Source: Anthoceros angustus
Lineage: Eukaryota > Plantae > Anthocerotophyta
Assembly (NCBI GenBank): GCA_010909165.1
Contig: MU008179.1
Location: 992,001 to 1,056,000 of the forward strand
Reading direction: 5' to 3'
Length of the DNA stretch: 64,000 nt
Below, one piece after another: positions 37,166 to 50,681 of this stretch. Position 1 is the first letter of the stretch; the number at the start of each line of letters is the position of its first letter. The notes beneath the pieces are model-generated. The model was not told the origin of the DNA. It made no database searches and saw nothing but the letters and a program-made list of their open reading frames with translations. The position numbers were made by a program, and so were the translations under genes.

Positions 37166-38333
37166 TTATGGCCCTACCGCCTCCACGCTCTCCACTGCGA
37201 GAAGGTCTCCCGTGAGCGGATCTTGCTCCATGCCTTCCTCTTCCTCCTCCGAGTCATCCTCTACGGCTTGCTCATTCATTTCTTCCCATTCTGACTCATC
37301 TGACTCCACCGTCTCCGCTTGGGTCACAAGGTCCGCAGCCTTCAAACCTTCTGCTTCTAGCATCCTTCTATCATCACTGTGGGGGTGCCAACCTCTCCCT
37401 CAAAGCTCTACCCAGATCAGCCTTGATTCTAGCATCTATTGGCGAATTAACTCAGAGGTTGCGATATTTGTTCTTCAAGTCTTCCAAGTCTGCGGGCCAC
37501 TCGCCCGTCCACACTTCTCTTGCAAAGCCTCCCTTTCCACGCCATGCCCCACTTGTATGGACATAGCATGATACTTCTCCTCCGCATCATGGACGCGCCT
37601 CAACATCCTCTTTTGCAAGGCATGATCGGCCCTGAACCTTCTCTTACGCACAACCATCAAGCGACGTACCATGTCCTCAGCTTTCTTGCGACTCTCTTCC
37701 TCTTGCGAGGCCCTACGATTAGCTTCACTCACAGCCCCCTTGGCTCCTTCCAACTCCGCTTGGATGGAGTCCCATGACTCTTGTAGGGTCTCCTTCTCCC
37801 TTCTCAATTCTCCTACCTCGAGGTCCTTGCCATTTAATAACTCATCCTTAGTCTCCGCAAGGCTCTGGACCTCCTTTACATCCTTCTTGGCCATCGCCAT
37901 GGCACACACCAATTGTTGGACTTGTTCTCGCATCCCTCTCTTCTCCAAGACCCATCCTTCCTTCTCCTCAACCTTCCTTTCAAGCTCCATAATCGCAATC
38001 CCCTCCTGAGCCTCCTCATTTGGTCTTCCATATACCTGTCGGATGTGTTGGGCTGTCCAGCACCCTGGATCAGTCCTTGCATCCCTATTTTCCAGTTCCT
38101 CCAGTTCCTGCCGTGGCATAGTGAAGTTTATGAAGCACTCCTCTATCATCTCCAAGTTGACATAGGCCCAGTGGCGGCCATACACCCATTGCAATTGCAC
38201 GTTGGGTTCTCGCCTCCTGAATGCTACCAAGTGCCTAGCCTCCACATGCGGGGAAGCAATTAAATTCGCATCCCTCTCTTCTCCGGCTCCTAGCAACCAA
38301 TTTGCCCTTCTTAGGTGCAGGCGCTTTCACCAT
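37166..38333 (-). pseudogene. Accessory ORF inside the 3' LTR (about 390 codons, 2 or more frameshifts)
   Basis: ATG 38333 (MVKAPAPKKGKLVA) shifts into ORF 37475-38296 (NVQLQWVYGRHWAYVNLEMIEECF..RTDPGCWT..IRQVYG, then coiled coil) and 37166-37363 (acidic tail). Confidence 0.75.
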
Positions 38334-39136
38334 CTTGCACCTTCAAAATAACTACACAAACAATACAAGCTTGGGCACGCCCACGTGCTCGTTTCCACCT
38401 AGTTGTCACCTCAGTGCCTACACACAATTGTGAGATTTCTTCACTCGCCACACAAGATCCACCAAGAGAGCAACTTCAGCCCCTTTTCCACTTACTTCCT
38501 CTTCACTCCACAGTCCCACCTAGCTCAAACTTGGTGTCCTCACAACATACACCTCCTTACGCGCCCAAATCCCTCACTTGCAAGGTTCTGGGCACACACA
38601 AAAAATCAGCGCCCTTGCTCTCTTCACAGTCGTGCTTCAAATCCCTTCACACACAACTCCTTACGCACGCACACCACCTTCTCCTTGCACACACACGGCA
38701 CCGCGTTCCCACCAAGTCCTTGCTCTAGCTTTCCGTGCATGCCCAAGCTCTTCCTCGCGATTCCTCACAGACTTCCTAGGTGCCACTCCCTACACACCCC
38801 GCTTGCATGGCCCTTTGGTAGTGACAGCAAAAACTCTTGATATAGGCCGTTGATTCCTTGCCATGTGGCACTATTTCCACCGTCCTCGATTTAGTAGCCC
38901 TACTTGTTATAAACACCCTACACTACCTGCCTTACATATTTATGGATTATTATTCCTAATATACCCTATTTATCCTCAACCTTGCATATACCTTTTAACA
39001 ACTTCCTAGGTTGAAACCCCTAATCTGAAAAGCTTGCTTCCCAAGTATCCAAGTATGTCGCGCCCACTGCTGCCCACGCTAGGGAGACACTCTCATGACA
39101 CTCTCATCCTACCTACCTATCCAACTATCACCCTAC

Positions 39137-39485
39137 TATGTAGGGTGTCACCTCGTCTACTATGTAGGGTCACCTGTCACCCTACACCTCCTTCTCCCTT
39201 CTCAATTCTCCTACCTACCTATCCAACTATCACCCTACATCTACCCTTGTAGGATGCACCTCCCCTACGGGAGTGCCATGCCACGTCCACTACCACCCTA
39301 CACCTCCTTCTCCTCAAAGCATCCTCCCTATCTATGTAGGGTCACCTTTGTCACCTCGTCTACTATGTGGGTCACCTTTGTCACCCCCTACTATGTAGGG
39401 TCACCTTGTCACCTCGCCCCTACTATGTAGGGTCACCTTTGTCACCCCACGCCTACTCTATGTCACCCTACCTATCTATGTAGGG
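39137..39485. repeat. Degenerate 33-bp hairpin tandem array in the 3' LTR
   Basis: Variants of CTATGTAGGGTCACCTTTGTCACCCTACGTCTA. Confidence 0.8.
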
Positions 39486-40176
39486 TTAGCTGACACCCCA
39501 CGCGCCAACTATCACCCTACATCTACCCTTGTAGGATGCACCTCCCCTACGGGAGTGCCACGTCCACTACCACCCTACACCTCCTTCGCGTAGGGTGCAC
39601 CACTCAAACACTCTCCCAATTAGCTCTCATGTGACTTCTGCAAATATAACAAGCTGAAACACCCCACACAAAAGGTGCCCCATCCCGGTACTGATCCACC
39701 CCTAGGACGCTTAACTCTGGAGTTCTTACATTCCATTGTCCAACACACCCAATTGGCTTGTGCATAACACTCATCAAGAATAAAATGAACTTATCCCTCG
39801 GTGAACTTCTCACGCCTCCACAACATCTCGTACCAACCCTCCTTGCTATCCATTTCTCCTCGCGGCCATCACACGGCCTCCCTTCACTTCACTTCACTTT
39901 CACTTGCAAATTCCGTCGTGATGCACACCCGTGGTGATCTCTTCCCATGTTGCACCGCAACACCCTTCGTGGTCTTGCCTCTACCTAGATCTCTACTTGC
40001 ACTCACTTGAGTCTGAGCTTCCACCAAGAAATACCCAGCAATTCCTTTGGCACTTTTCCGAGTTCGTTTTGATCCAAGTTTTGTCAACTCCAACCAAAAA
40101 AAATGAATGGCCCAAAGTTTTGCATTTCACATGCTCCCCTCCCCACTTGTTTGCGTCCTCGCAAACAATCTGCTTC

Positions 40177-41390
40177 CTACGGTGCAAAGTACTTCTTCAC
40201 TTTCCATCCATTCACCCTGGTAGGGAGTGGCTCCCCGTCTAGCTCCTTCAATTGTACTGAGCCGTTTTTATACACAGCCATGACCTCATAAGGTCCCATC
40301 CACCTCAACCTAAGCTTCCCTGGGAAATCCATATATCGGCTATCATAGAGAAGAACCAAATCCCTGGACACAATAGCACGCTCTACGTAACTTCCGTCAT
40401 GTCTATCCTTCCTAAGCTCACGGATGCGTTGGGTCTCCTCCAAAGCATCCTCCTATCTTCCTCATGCCCAATGAAAGACTCCAATCTAGCTAGTGACTAT
40501 CCTCTCTGAGACATCGCTCATCCTCCATGATCCGAGGGTAGGTACCTCAAATTCAACAGGCATCACGGGAGACATCCCATATGTTAAATAATAGGGAGTC
40601 TTCTTGGTGGTCACCTTCTCTGCTGTCCTGTAAGCCCATAGCGCTGAATGTAGCTTAGTGTCCCAATCGTATATGTGAGTCACAGTTACCTTGGTCAAGA
40701 TTGTACACAACAGCCCATTCGTTTTCTCCGTCAAACCATTCGCTTTGGGATTGTAAGGAGTTGTCTTTCGATGCGAATGTTGAAGTAGGTGGTGAGAGTC
40801 TCGATCACCGAGTTGAGGAAATGAGTTCCCCTGTCACTGACCAACTCCAAAGGACATCCATACCTTGTTATAATGTTCTCAAAGAGAAACTTTGCTACTG
40901 CAGGTGCGTCGTCCTTCCTTGTTGCTTCAGCCTCCACCATCTTTGTACAATAGTCCGTAGCCACCAGGATATATTGCTTCCTCGTCCATCGTGTGGGTGG
41001 CTTGATTGGACCTACAAAGTCTATGCCCCACTTCTCGAAAGGTGCCAAAGGTAGGATATAAGTAAGAGGCCATTGTGTTGACAAAGTTGGCCTCCCAACC
41101 CGTTGGCATGCATCACACCTCCGAACAAAATCCCACACATCCCTCTGCATCGTGGCCCACCAAAAGCCTGCACCTAGGATCTTCTTCATGGTAATTTGTA
41201 CCGAATAATGGCCTCCAGCCTCTTCTGCATGCAAAGCTTCTATGACGAGAGTAGCTTCCTTCACTCCCAAACAACGTCGGATCTTCTCATCCGGACCAAG
41301 CTTGTATAAGACCCCATCTCTTAGACAATAAGGCGCGCTTGTGAAGAAAACAGCACGCCCTTCCCTAGACAAACCATCGGCATGATCCAT
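40177..41390 (-). pseudogene. Gypsy integrase
   Basis: HHCC (GGHY..CDACQR), PFEKWGIDFVGP, LVSDRGTHF, NGLTEKTNG; Athila-type C-terminus FPGKLRLRWMGPYEV..RVNGWKVKKY. Confidence 0.95.
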
Positions 41391-41920
41391 GCTCTAAGAA
41401 TTCGTACCTCACCGTTAGCAAATACCGTGGACACGGAGTCCTTCACGTCGACCTCCTCTTCCATGTACACCTCGTTGCCCTCTAGTTTGCCCACCAGGTG
41501 CCGTGGTCCATGCCGCCTCAACTTGGCTTGCAAACCATCTGTCCAGAGTCCGCTGCGCCGTGCTGCACCATCCGCACACTCATCTCGATGCCAGCCGCCT
41601 CTTCATCTCTATGCTCCTAGTTTCATGACCAGCCCCAGACCGTGCTCTAGCTGCGATCTCTTCACATTGCTGCATTTTCCGGGTAGTCACTTCTACAGTC
41701 GACCGTAGACCTGCCGACGCTCTTTCCTGCAGCTCCACTGCAAGCACTCCCCGAGGTGTGGTTTCTCTACAATCCTTCTCCGTGTACACCACCAATGCTG
41801 AGCTTCCTCTGCTCCTAGATTCCAATGCACAAACCTCCTCTGCACACCATTTTCGTGTGCCGCCTCTCACTCCTTCAAATTGCGATTTCTCACATTTCTC
41901 CTCCTCCAACGTGTGGCCTC

Positions 41921-43860
41921 CCTTGCAGCCCTCTTGCTCACCCTTAAAGCACCTCCTCCTCGCACCCATATTGCGCCACTTCACCTCGAACTCCTAGATC
42001 GTCCTCCTCCAGTTGTCACAAAAATCCTTTCCACAGGCATTTGGTCCCCTTGCAACACCTCTTGCTGCACAACCTCAATCATTTGTACTTTGCTCCGTCC
42101 TCCTCCCAAGCTGCGTGCTACCAACTCCTCGTCGGAAATCGGTCATCGTGGCCACAATCCGTTTTCCAGTTTTCGGGCGGAAATCGGCATTCATATGTTG
42201 CCTCCACCTGGTTTCTACATCATAATCAAACTCTTGCAGCAGGACCCACCTAGCAATCCTTCACGATAAATCGGCTTGTTCACAAGGTACTTTAAGCAAA
42301 ATGATCAACATGGAGCGTCACCTTACAAGCAAGCGGTAGTGTCTAAACTTCTTACACAGTATATGATGCCAAGACCTTCCCTCTCGGTGGTTGAATAATT
42401 TCTCTCGGCATCCGTAAGTTGCACTGACATAGAAAATTGGATGATCCGTTTCTTCTCGTCCTTACGGCTTAAGACGGTCCCAATAAGCGTGTGGCACATC
42501 TACGTATACATGGAATGGTTTTCCCAATCGGTGGTTGTAGCGTTGGTGCGTTCACCAAGCTATCCTTTAAGCTGAAAGGCTTCACCTTGCCTCTGTTCAA
42601 AGGGCATGTCCTTCTTGGTCAAGCTGCGTCAACAAGGCCGCCTTCTTGGCAAAATCCTTGATGAATCTTCTATAGTACCAAACCTATGAAAGCCTTTCTT
42701 GACCGTTTGTGGCGTCCATCTCGCTATCACCGACACCTTTTCCTATCTACGCAAACCCCTCACTTTGAAACTCGATGTGCTAGTAAGATTCCTGTCATAC
42801 CGAATAACACTTCCTGGATGAAGTTTCATGTTCGACTCCTGCACGGAAACATTGTCTCCCTTGCAGCCCTCTTGACTGCTCACCCTTAAAGAGCACACCC
42901 CGCTCCTCTTTGCACCCATATTGCTGTTCTTTCACTTCACCTCGAACTCCTAGATCGTCCTCCTCCAGCAAATTCTGCACAAAATCCTTTCCACAGGCAT
43001 TTGGTCCTTCTGCTTGCAACACCTCTTGCTGCACAACCTCAATCGCATTTGTACTTTGCTCCTGATCCTTTCCTCCCAACTGTGCTACCAACTCCTCGTC
43101 GGGAAATTGGTCATCAGTGGCCACAATCCGTTTTCCAGTTTTCAGACGGGAAACAAAATCGGCATTCATATGTTGCCTCCCTGGCCTGGTTTCTACATCA
43201 AAGTCAAACTCTTGCAGCAACAGGACCCACCTAGCAATCCTTCCTGATAAATCTGGCTTGTTCACAAGGTACTTTAACGCAAAATGATCAACATGGAACG
43301 TCACCTTACAAGCAAGGTGTAGTGTCTAAACTTCTTACAGTATATGATGCCAAGACCTTCCCTCTCGGTGGTTGAATAATTTCTCGATCCGTAAGTTGCC
43401 CGCAGATAGAAAATTGGATGATCCGTTTCTTCTCGTCCTTCCGGCTTAAGACGGTCCCAAAGCGTGGCATACATCTACGTATACATGGAATGGTTTTCCC
43501 AATCTGGTGGTTGTAGCGTTGGTGCGTTCACCAAGCTATCCTTTAACTGCTGAAAGGCTTCCTGCCTTGCCTCTGTCCATTCAAAGGGCATGTCCTTCTT
43601 GGTCAACTGCGTCAACAAGGCCGCCTTCTTGGCAAAATCCTTGATGAATCTTCTATAGTAACCTACCAAACCGATGAAAGCATGCACCTGCTTCACCATT
43701 TGTGGCGCGTCCATCTCTGCTATCACCGACACCTTTTCCTTATCTACCTGCAAACCCCTCACTGAAACTCGATGTGCTAGTAAGATTCCTTCTGTCATAC
43801 CGAAATAACACTTCCCTGGATGAAGTTTCATGTTCGACTCCCTGCACTTCTGGAAACATT
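41921..43860 (-). repeat. Tandem duplication of about 1 kb of the RT end and RNase H in the gypsy element
   Basis: Units 41921-42857 (deletion-rich) and 42858-43860. Confidence 0.85.
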
Positions 43861-45823
43861 GACTCAGGTGCTCCAGATGCAATTTCCTTCTTCCAAACAC
43901 TCAAAAATCATCTAGGAAGACCTCCATGAACTTCCTCAAAAATCTCGGAATATGGCATTCACTACCCGCTGAAAAGTAGCAGGGGCATTGCACAACCCGA
44001 AGGGTAACTTTGAATAAGCGTAGGTTCCCCAATCCGTTGTGAACGTTGTCTTGTCTGGTCCTCCTTCCTCAGAGAGATCTGGTTGTAACCCGAATAACCA
44101 TCCAAGAAGCTATACATCTCATGACTGCCACCGTGTCCAGCACGCTGTCCATGAAAGGCAAGGGATGGTGGTCCTTCTTTGTGGCCTCGTTAAGCTTCCT
44201 AAAATCTTGACACACCCGCACTTTCCCTTGCTGTTTCTTTGGCACAATCACGATGGGTGCCACCCACTCGCTTGTTAGTACCGGATAAATTACGCCTGCC
44301 TCCAAGTACTGGTCTAGCTGATCCTTGACCACCATAGAGTACTTAGGATTCAGCCTATACTGCTTGATCCTTACTGGGTACTGCCCTCCTTCAAGTCTAT
44401 TCGATGTACCCCCAGTTCTTCGGGAATTCCTGTCATGTCAGTAATCTTGAAAGCAAATATGTCTACATATTCCCTAAGCAACCTACAAAACTCCTCCTTC
44501 TCTACCACATCTAAGTACCTAGAAATCTTGACTGCTTTGCTAGGTTCTAGCTCTAAGTCTACCAGATCGGATCTACGTGGGTACCCTCACGGACTACTAC
44601 CTACCTGCTTCACGATACTTCATCGGAAAATCTCGATCATATGCTCTCCCTTTCCAAAAGGCTACCCTTCCACATGCTCCACCTTGAATCATCTTCTACG
44701 GTAGCTTCTACTTGTAGGCGAGTACACCAACTTGGGTTTTATTTCCACCACTTTGAGGGTCCACGATAAGCCGGTCACTACCGAAGAGCTTACCCTATAC
44801 CTCTGAAGTATATCCATCGGACGGGAGTTCGGTTTCCCCTTCGTAGGGTGCCTTGCTCCATGACACAAAAGCTACCTCAGGTGGCCCTACTCTACGGGAC
44901 TTAAAGGTGATACCACTACGACCAAAATCGAAAACACACGCAGTTCCGTACAACCAAGGTCTGCCTATCAAGACCTTGTAGCCTAAATCTGACACTGGTC
45001 TCATGACAATGTAGGTAAGATAGAACGTGAGACCTCCAATCACGGTTGGCACATTTCTCAACACTCCTAACGGTTTCCTTCTGGTCTGGTCCGCCATCCT
45101 CAAGAATACCCGAATCGGACTGAACTTGGTGAACCCAAGGCGATGCGCCGTCTCCTCTGTCATCAAGTTGACCCCTGATCCCGAATCTAACGGCACATTG
45201 GGCACCAAGCACCCTGCAATTTCGATTTCAATTTCTGGTGCCCCCAGATCAACAAGCTCAACCACGTTTACCTCCAGATCCATCGGCCTCCTTCGCGGCT
45301 CCACAGGCTCGGGAATTCCCCTGATCGCCTCCTTCACAATTTTGCGGGATCTTGGACTCACCGCAAGAAGCTGCCTCAAGCTGACCACAAATTCTCGGTC
45401 AAGCAATGCATCGGCGAAACTGGAGATCTTATCTGACAAGGTTTCCTCCCCGTTTGCAGCCCCGATGCTGGTCGGCTCCGACCTTATTTTTAAACTGTCC
45501 ACACCTATGGCCCCTCCTATCGACTGGGTCTCCATAGCCGGCGGATTCACAACTTCGGGTTCCGCAACCTCTACCTCCATCTTTGCATGCTGAGTGAGCC
45601 TTCTTAGCTCATCCTCCAACATTGCTGCTACTTCCCTACTAATGTCAGGAGGAAACACCTTTCCTCCCCCTCCTCCGCTTGTTGGTAGGTCGCCCTCCCA
45701 AGCACCAGTAGTTCCCTCATGGACCTCCTCATTTTCCTCCTCCTCTGCCAAATTCCGGCTTCCACGAGTCTCCGGTGGCCAAGGTGAGTCCTCCCTCACC
45801 TTCCTCTTCTTCCTCTCGCTCAC
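43000..45823 (-). pseudogene. Gypsy protease, RT and RNase H
   Basis: PR VPLDSGSGVNLM; RT WVAPIVIVPKK..RVCQDFRKLNEATKKDHHPLP; AFIGLVGYYRRFIKDFAK; RH DHFALKYLVNKPDLSGRIARWVLLLQEFD. Confidence 0.93.
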
Positions 45824-45957
45824 GCACGGTCCTTCTCCCGTCGCTCGGATCTAGTGGTGACCTTGGCCACCAGCAACCCTTCTTCCTCACTCATTTCTCC
45901 CTCATATCCTTCTTCCACAATCCCAGAGTACACATTGTCTCCATCCAGAAGATCGAA

Positions 45958-48127
45958 TTATGCTTCCACCTTCAAAACTGGCGTTGAAGTCACAGTGATA
46001 GCAGTTTCGGGGTTGGAAGGTGCTCCTTCTGTTGTAGGCTCTGTGAACCTCACTCCTGGACGTGTCGGCACTACTCGTGGCACCCCTGAACACCTCGGAT
46101 CTCCAGCCTTGTGTCCCAGTTCTTTGCACACTTGACAGAAAGGTACATACCCCATTTGTCTCTTTGGTTCTGGGCAATCATTGGAATAGTGACCAGGTGC
46201 TCCACAATTGTAACAACATCCCGGTGGAATTGCTGTTGGTCGCTGAGATGGTTCTGGTCTCCATGGACCTAGCGAGGTAGGCCGAGACGCGTACCTCATG
46301 ATTGGCGGTGCTGCAGGCTGGTAGGTTGCCCTCATCGACTGAGGCGGTCGACCTCCAGTGACTGCCTGCACCTGGTAAGCCTCATCCACATACCAATAAT
46401 CACCGGGCATGACCGGCTCCACATGATTCACTGCATGGCGTGGGGCTCGTATACATTCCCGGTTGGTGTGCCCAGATTGGTGACAAATCGAGCAATACAC
46501 CAACTGTCTTGCAGGGGCGGGCGATCTACGTGTGGCTTGATTCTTCACAGCCTTGACTTCCAACTCCGTTAATCGCTTGGTCAAGGCTTCAACCTGACCC
46601 GCAATTCCTCCTCCTGCAGTGGACGTTTCTCCCTTCTCCATCCGCCGCACTGTTTTCCCTTTTCTTTCCTTCTCCAGTGCGCGCTCAGCCTCCTCTTGCC
46701 TCTTCTTAACCTTCTCTAGATCTTTCCTCATCCGTCGTTCGTAGGCTTTCTCAGATTCTTCATCGGATGACGAGTTTTCCTGGGTACCACTCTCCTCACT
46801 CTCGGAAGATGAAGATGAAGATGAAGAGGGGGAGGAAGAAGAAGAAGAAGACAAACTAGATCTCCTGGACCCCTTCCTCTTCTTATGACTCCTTCTCTTT
46901 TTCCTCCTCCTGCCCAACTCTGCCGACTCCCACTCTTCTGCCAAGCGGATTGCTCCAGCCAAAGTTTTAGTCCCTCGTCGACAATGTACCTCCATTTTCC
47001 TTGATAGACCGCTCACAAACCAATCCAGCGCTTGCTCCTGCGAGTAACCCGATGTGGGAGGATTGCCCGGAGTCACAGGTGCACACTTGGGGACTCGATC
47101 CAAATATCCATAGAACCGTTCAACGTAATCAAACAATGACTCCCGTTTCTTCCTGCGAAGGGTTCTCAACTTTGCCAAGGTGTGGTGGGCACGAGCCCTC
47201 GGCGATTGAGCGGTCTTCAAAGAATCCCAATCTCACAGGCGCACTTGCCCGTAAGTTCGACCAGCCTTTGGGCATGCCCCTCGGCCGGGAAAATTCGCAA
47301 CCGATCAGCCACGGTGTCCTCCAGATTAGCATGAGACACATGCTCAAAAGTGCGCACAAATGCCTCCGCATCGTCGCCCTTCTTCTTCTCCCCAAACTTG
47401 ACATATTGTTGCCGACTGTGAGGTTGAGGCAAACCTCCTCCCCCTCCTGCAGTTCCACTCATGTTACTTGACCTGATTGCACCTGACGAATTCAAGTTAC
47501 CTCCTCCTCGTGGCGCGCGATCAACCAGCGTTCCCTGGCGGGATGTCGGCACAAAGTCTCGAACACGGCCTGGGTGAGGTGTCCCCTCGGACGCGTCCAC
47601 CAAGGTAGTAAGTCGAGGTAATCCGGTCAAGACTAGCTGCAAGATCTTGACCACACTTGGAATTACTACTCATCCGTCCTCCCTCCCTCTTCTTCCTCTG
47701 AAGATGAGCTAGATCCACCACGGCTACGGGGTTCCCAATGTTGAGAAGGCCCAGCTTCCACAAATGAAGCTCTTAAATTCAACCCGTATCCTCGTTCATG
47801 CACCTCTTCTTCACGTTCGCCTTGCAGCACCAATTCTTCCTCGACAACCTCCTTTCTTTCGCTATCCGTGACCTCGTCGCCCTCTTCTTCACTAGCAGCA
47901 ACCTCCTCCTCTTCTTCGCTCACAGCGCCCTTGCAAGCAAGCGCAAAAGCGGCTTCTTCCTCAATTGCCCGTGCCTCTTCTTCCTCTTGAATTCGGCGTG
48001 CTGCAGTTGCAGCACTTTCTTCTCGTAATCGTTCCCTCCTTGCAGCTCGTAGATCTCTAGCAGAGACAGGTGGAGGCGATCTCCCTCGTTCAACTCTTAT
48101 CCCCTTCCTCCTGCTAGACATCTGCAA
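45958..48127 (-). pseudogene. Gypsy gag with acidic N-terminus, Ser-rich tract and three zinc-knuckle-like motifs
   Basis: ORFs 47666-48127, 47217-47654 and 45958-47220 linked by frameshifts; CSICHQSGHTNREC, CYNCGAPGHYSNDC, CQVCKELGHKAGDPRC. Confidence 0.85.
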
Positions 48128-48273
48128 CCATCCTCATGACCCTTCAACACACAGCTGTCAATATGGGAAACCCCCCTGCACGTGCCTCCATCAGCGTGGG
48201 AGAGTTCACCAACAACAATCAACTACCAGAGAGATGGGTTTCCCCCCCACACCGCACGTCTATCAAGGCACAA

Positions 48274-48293
48274 GATCCCCGGCAACGGCGCCA
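48274..48293 (-). other. Primer-binding site (tRNA-Asp)
   Basis: Plus strand GATCCCCGGCAACGGCGCCA equals the 3' end of plant tRNA-Asp; 4 nt from the LTR edge. Confidence 0.85.
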
Positions 48294-49549
48294 AAAATGT
48301 GGTGGGCAGATCCCGGGGCTTCCGAGATTCACCCTGTAGCGTCCACACTTATCCCACTGTCGCTTAGCACGTTGGGTTTCGTCCCATGAGATCTTGGTTG
48401 TCAGCCGAGCGCTGAAGGTTCAACCCATGCACACATTTATTTACAACCACCCAGCCCCTCAACAAGCAAGGCATCATCCTACTTCCCTCAGCGGCTACAC
48501 TACTTGCCTTGAAAATTCACCAATTCTGCCTACAACGACACGACACTATCGTAGGCCATGCCTCACAAGCGTGGAATCACCGTGGGCACCAGGGGACCCC
48601 GATCCGCACCGCAATGTTATCCTCCCGGCGGGGCTAGCTCCTTACCCTTTGGAGCACGTTCTGCTTGTGATTTGGGACACCTCCTTAGGCTCGCCTTGGG
48701 CCTTGGCTATGATCTACACGCTAAGTCCCTCCTCAATATTCGGTTCCTCTACCATCATCAACGCTTTTCTTCCCTACACACCTACTTACTCTCCTTCCAT
48801 GACCTCCTACTCTAATACCACTCTAGCTTATTGATTCCAACTCGCCCTTACGCGCCTGGGGTCCGTCTGAATCAACAAGTTTTCCTTGGGCGGTTCTTGT
48901 GTAGTTCACGGACATGAGAACCTCCAGTCTTTCCTGCGGTCTACCCTCAAGAGAGTTCCTTGAGCATCGCCACACACTCAAAGCAAAGCAATTCACACAG
49001 CAACCATTCACAAGGGGAGCAACTCGCAGAGACACTGCGGAGCAGGCCCTCCGCCAAGCACTCGACCGCAAACTCCCTCTCTACCGGGCCTTCGTTAGCT
49101 TGCGGCACGAACTTCCTTCACAAGGAGCAAAGGACTCGAGGTAGGGAGCGCAAGACACGATAATTTTACTTCACAAGCTCCCTCCTTTTGTAGGGAGGTC
49201 CTCACACACCTCCACAGCGCGCCCTCACAGCCTGCCTCACTCCTTATTTTAGTGTATCCTAGAATTTTTAAGTTCGACATCCAAGCATCTTGGGTGAAAT
49301 TCTATTCTAGCAAATTCTACCTATGTGAGCCTTAATGGCTCTGTCAACATTCCTATCCAGCTAGTCAACACACCCTCTTGGGTTGACAAGCATTAATCTG
49401 TCCTCCCTAAAGAAAAGTCTTCCCCTAAGCAATGAGCCCACGCTCCAAGCTACCACCACCCTCTTCAATTACCTCTAGATGCCGTCGCTTGGGTGATCCT
49501 ACGGATGTAGGGCCACCCTCTACACCTCCTACGGACGTAGGGTCACTTC

Positions 49550-50681
49550 TTATGGCCCTACCGCCTCCACGCCTCCACCTCGAGAAGGTCTCCCGTGAGC
49601 GGATCTTGCTCCATGCCTTCCTCTTCCTCCTCCAGTCATCCTCACGGCTTGCTCATTCATTTCTTCCCATTCGACTCATCGACTCCACGTCTCGCTTGGG
49701 TCACAAGGTCCATGACCTTCAAACCTTACGCTTCTAGCATCCTTCTATCATCACCGTGGGGGTGCCAACCTCTCCCTCAAAGCTCTACCAGATCAGCCTT
49801 GATTCTAGCGGTCCTATTGGCCGAATTAACTTTGTAGGTTGCGATATTTGTTCTTCAAGTCTTCCAAGTCTGCCACTGGGCCCCCCACACTTCTCTTGCA
49901 AAGCCTCCCTTTCCACGCCATGCCCCACTTGTATGGACATAGCATGATACTTCTCCTCCGCATCGTGGGGCGCCTCAACATCCTCTTTTGCAAGGTATGA
50001 TCGGCTCGAACCTTCTCTTCGCACAACCAGCGGCGTACCATGTCCTCGGCTTTCTTGCGACTCTCTTCCTCTTGCGAGGCCCTACGATTAGCTTCTCTCA
50101 CACCCCTTGGCTCCTTCCAACTCCGCTTGGAGGAGTCCCATGACTCTTGTAGGGTCTCCTTCTCCTTCTCAATTCTCCTACCTCGAGGTCCTTGCCATTT
50201 AATAACTCATCCTTAGTCTCCAAGGCTCTGGACCTCCTTTACATCCTTCTTGGCCATCGCCATGGCACACACCAATTGTTGGACTTGTTCTCGCATCCCT
50301 CTCTTCTCCAAGACCCATCCTTCCTTCTCCTCAACCTTCCTTTCAAGCTCCATAATCGCAATCCCTCCCCGAGCCTCCTCATTTGGTCTTCCATATACAT
50401 CGGATGTGTTGGCAGACCCCTGGATCATCCTTGCATCCCTATTTTCCGATTCCTTCTCCTGCCGTGGCATAGTGAAGTTTATGAAGCACTCCTCTATCAT
50501 CTCCAAGTTGACATAGGGCCAGTGGCCATACACCCATTGCAATTGCACGTTGGGTTCTCCAAGAACTGCCGGAATGCTACCAAGTGCCTAGCCTCCACGT
50601 GCGAAGCAATTAAATCTCATCCTCTTCTCCTGGCTCCCTAGCAACCAATTTGCCCTTCTTAGGTGTAGGCGCTTTCACCAT
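49550..50681 (-). pseudogene. Accessory ORF copy inside the 5' LTR
   Basis: ATG 50681; fragments 50213-50548 (QLQWVYGHWPYVNLEMIEECF), 49826-50101 and 49785-50024. Confidence 0.7.

Larger units (their letters stand above)
35863..40131 (-). repeat. 3' LTR of the gypsy element (4269 bp)
   Basis: Collinear with 48298-52729 along its full length; TATA-like CTATAAAA near 36790. Confidence 0.93.

Noticed and set aside
41580-41984. dUTPase-like insert in gypsy pol
   Set aside because: The conserved dUTPase motifs are not identifiable; the resemblance is superficial.
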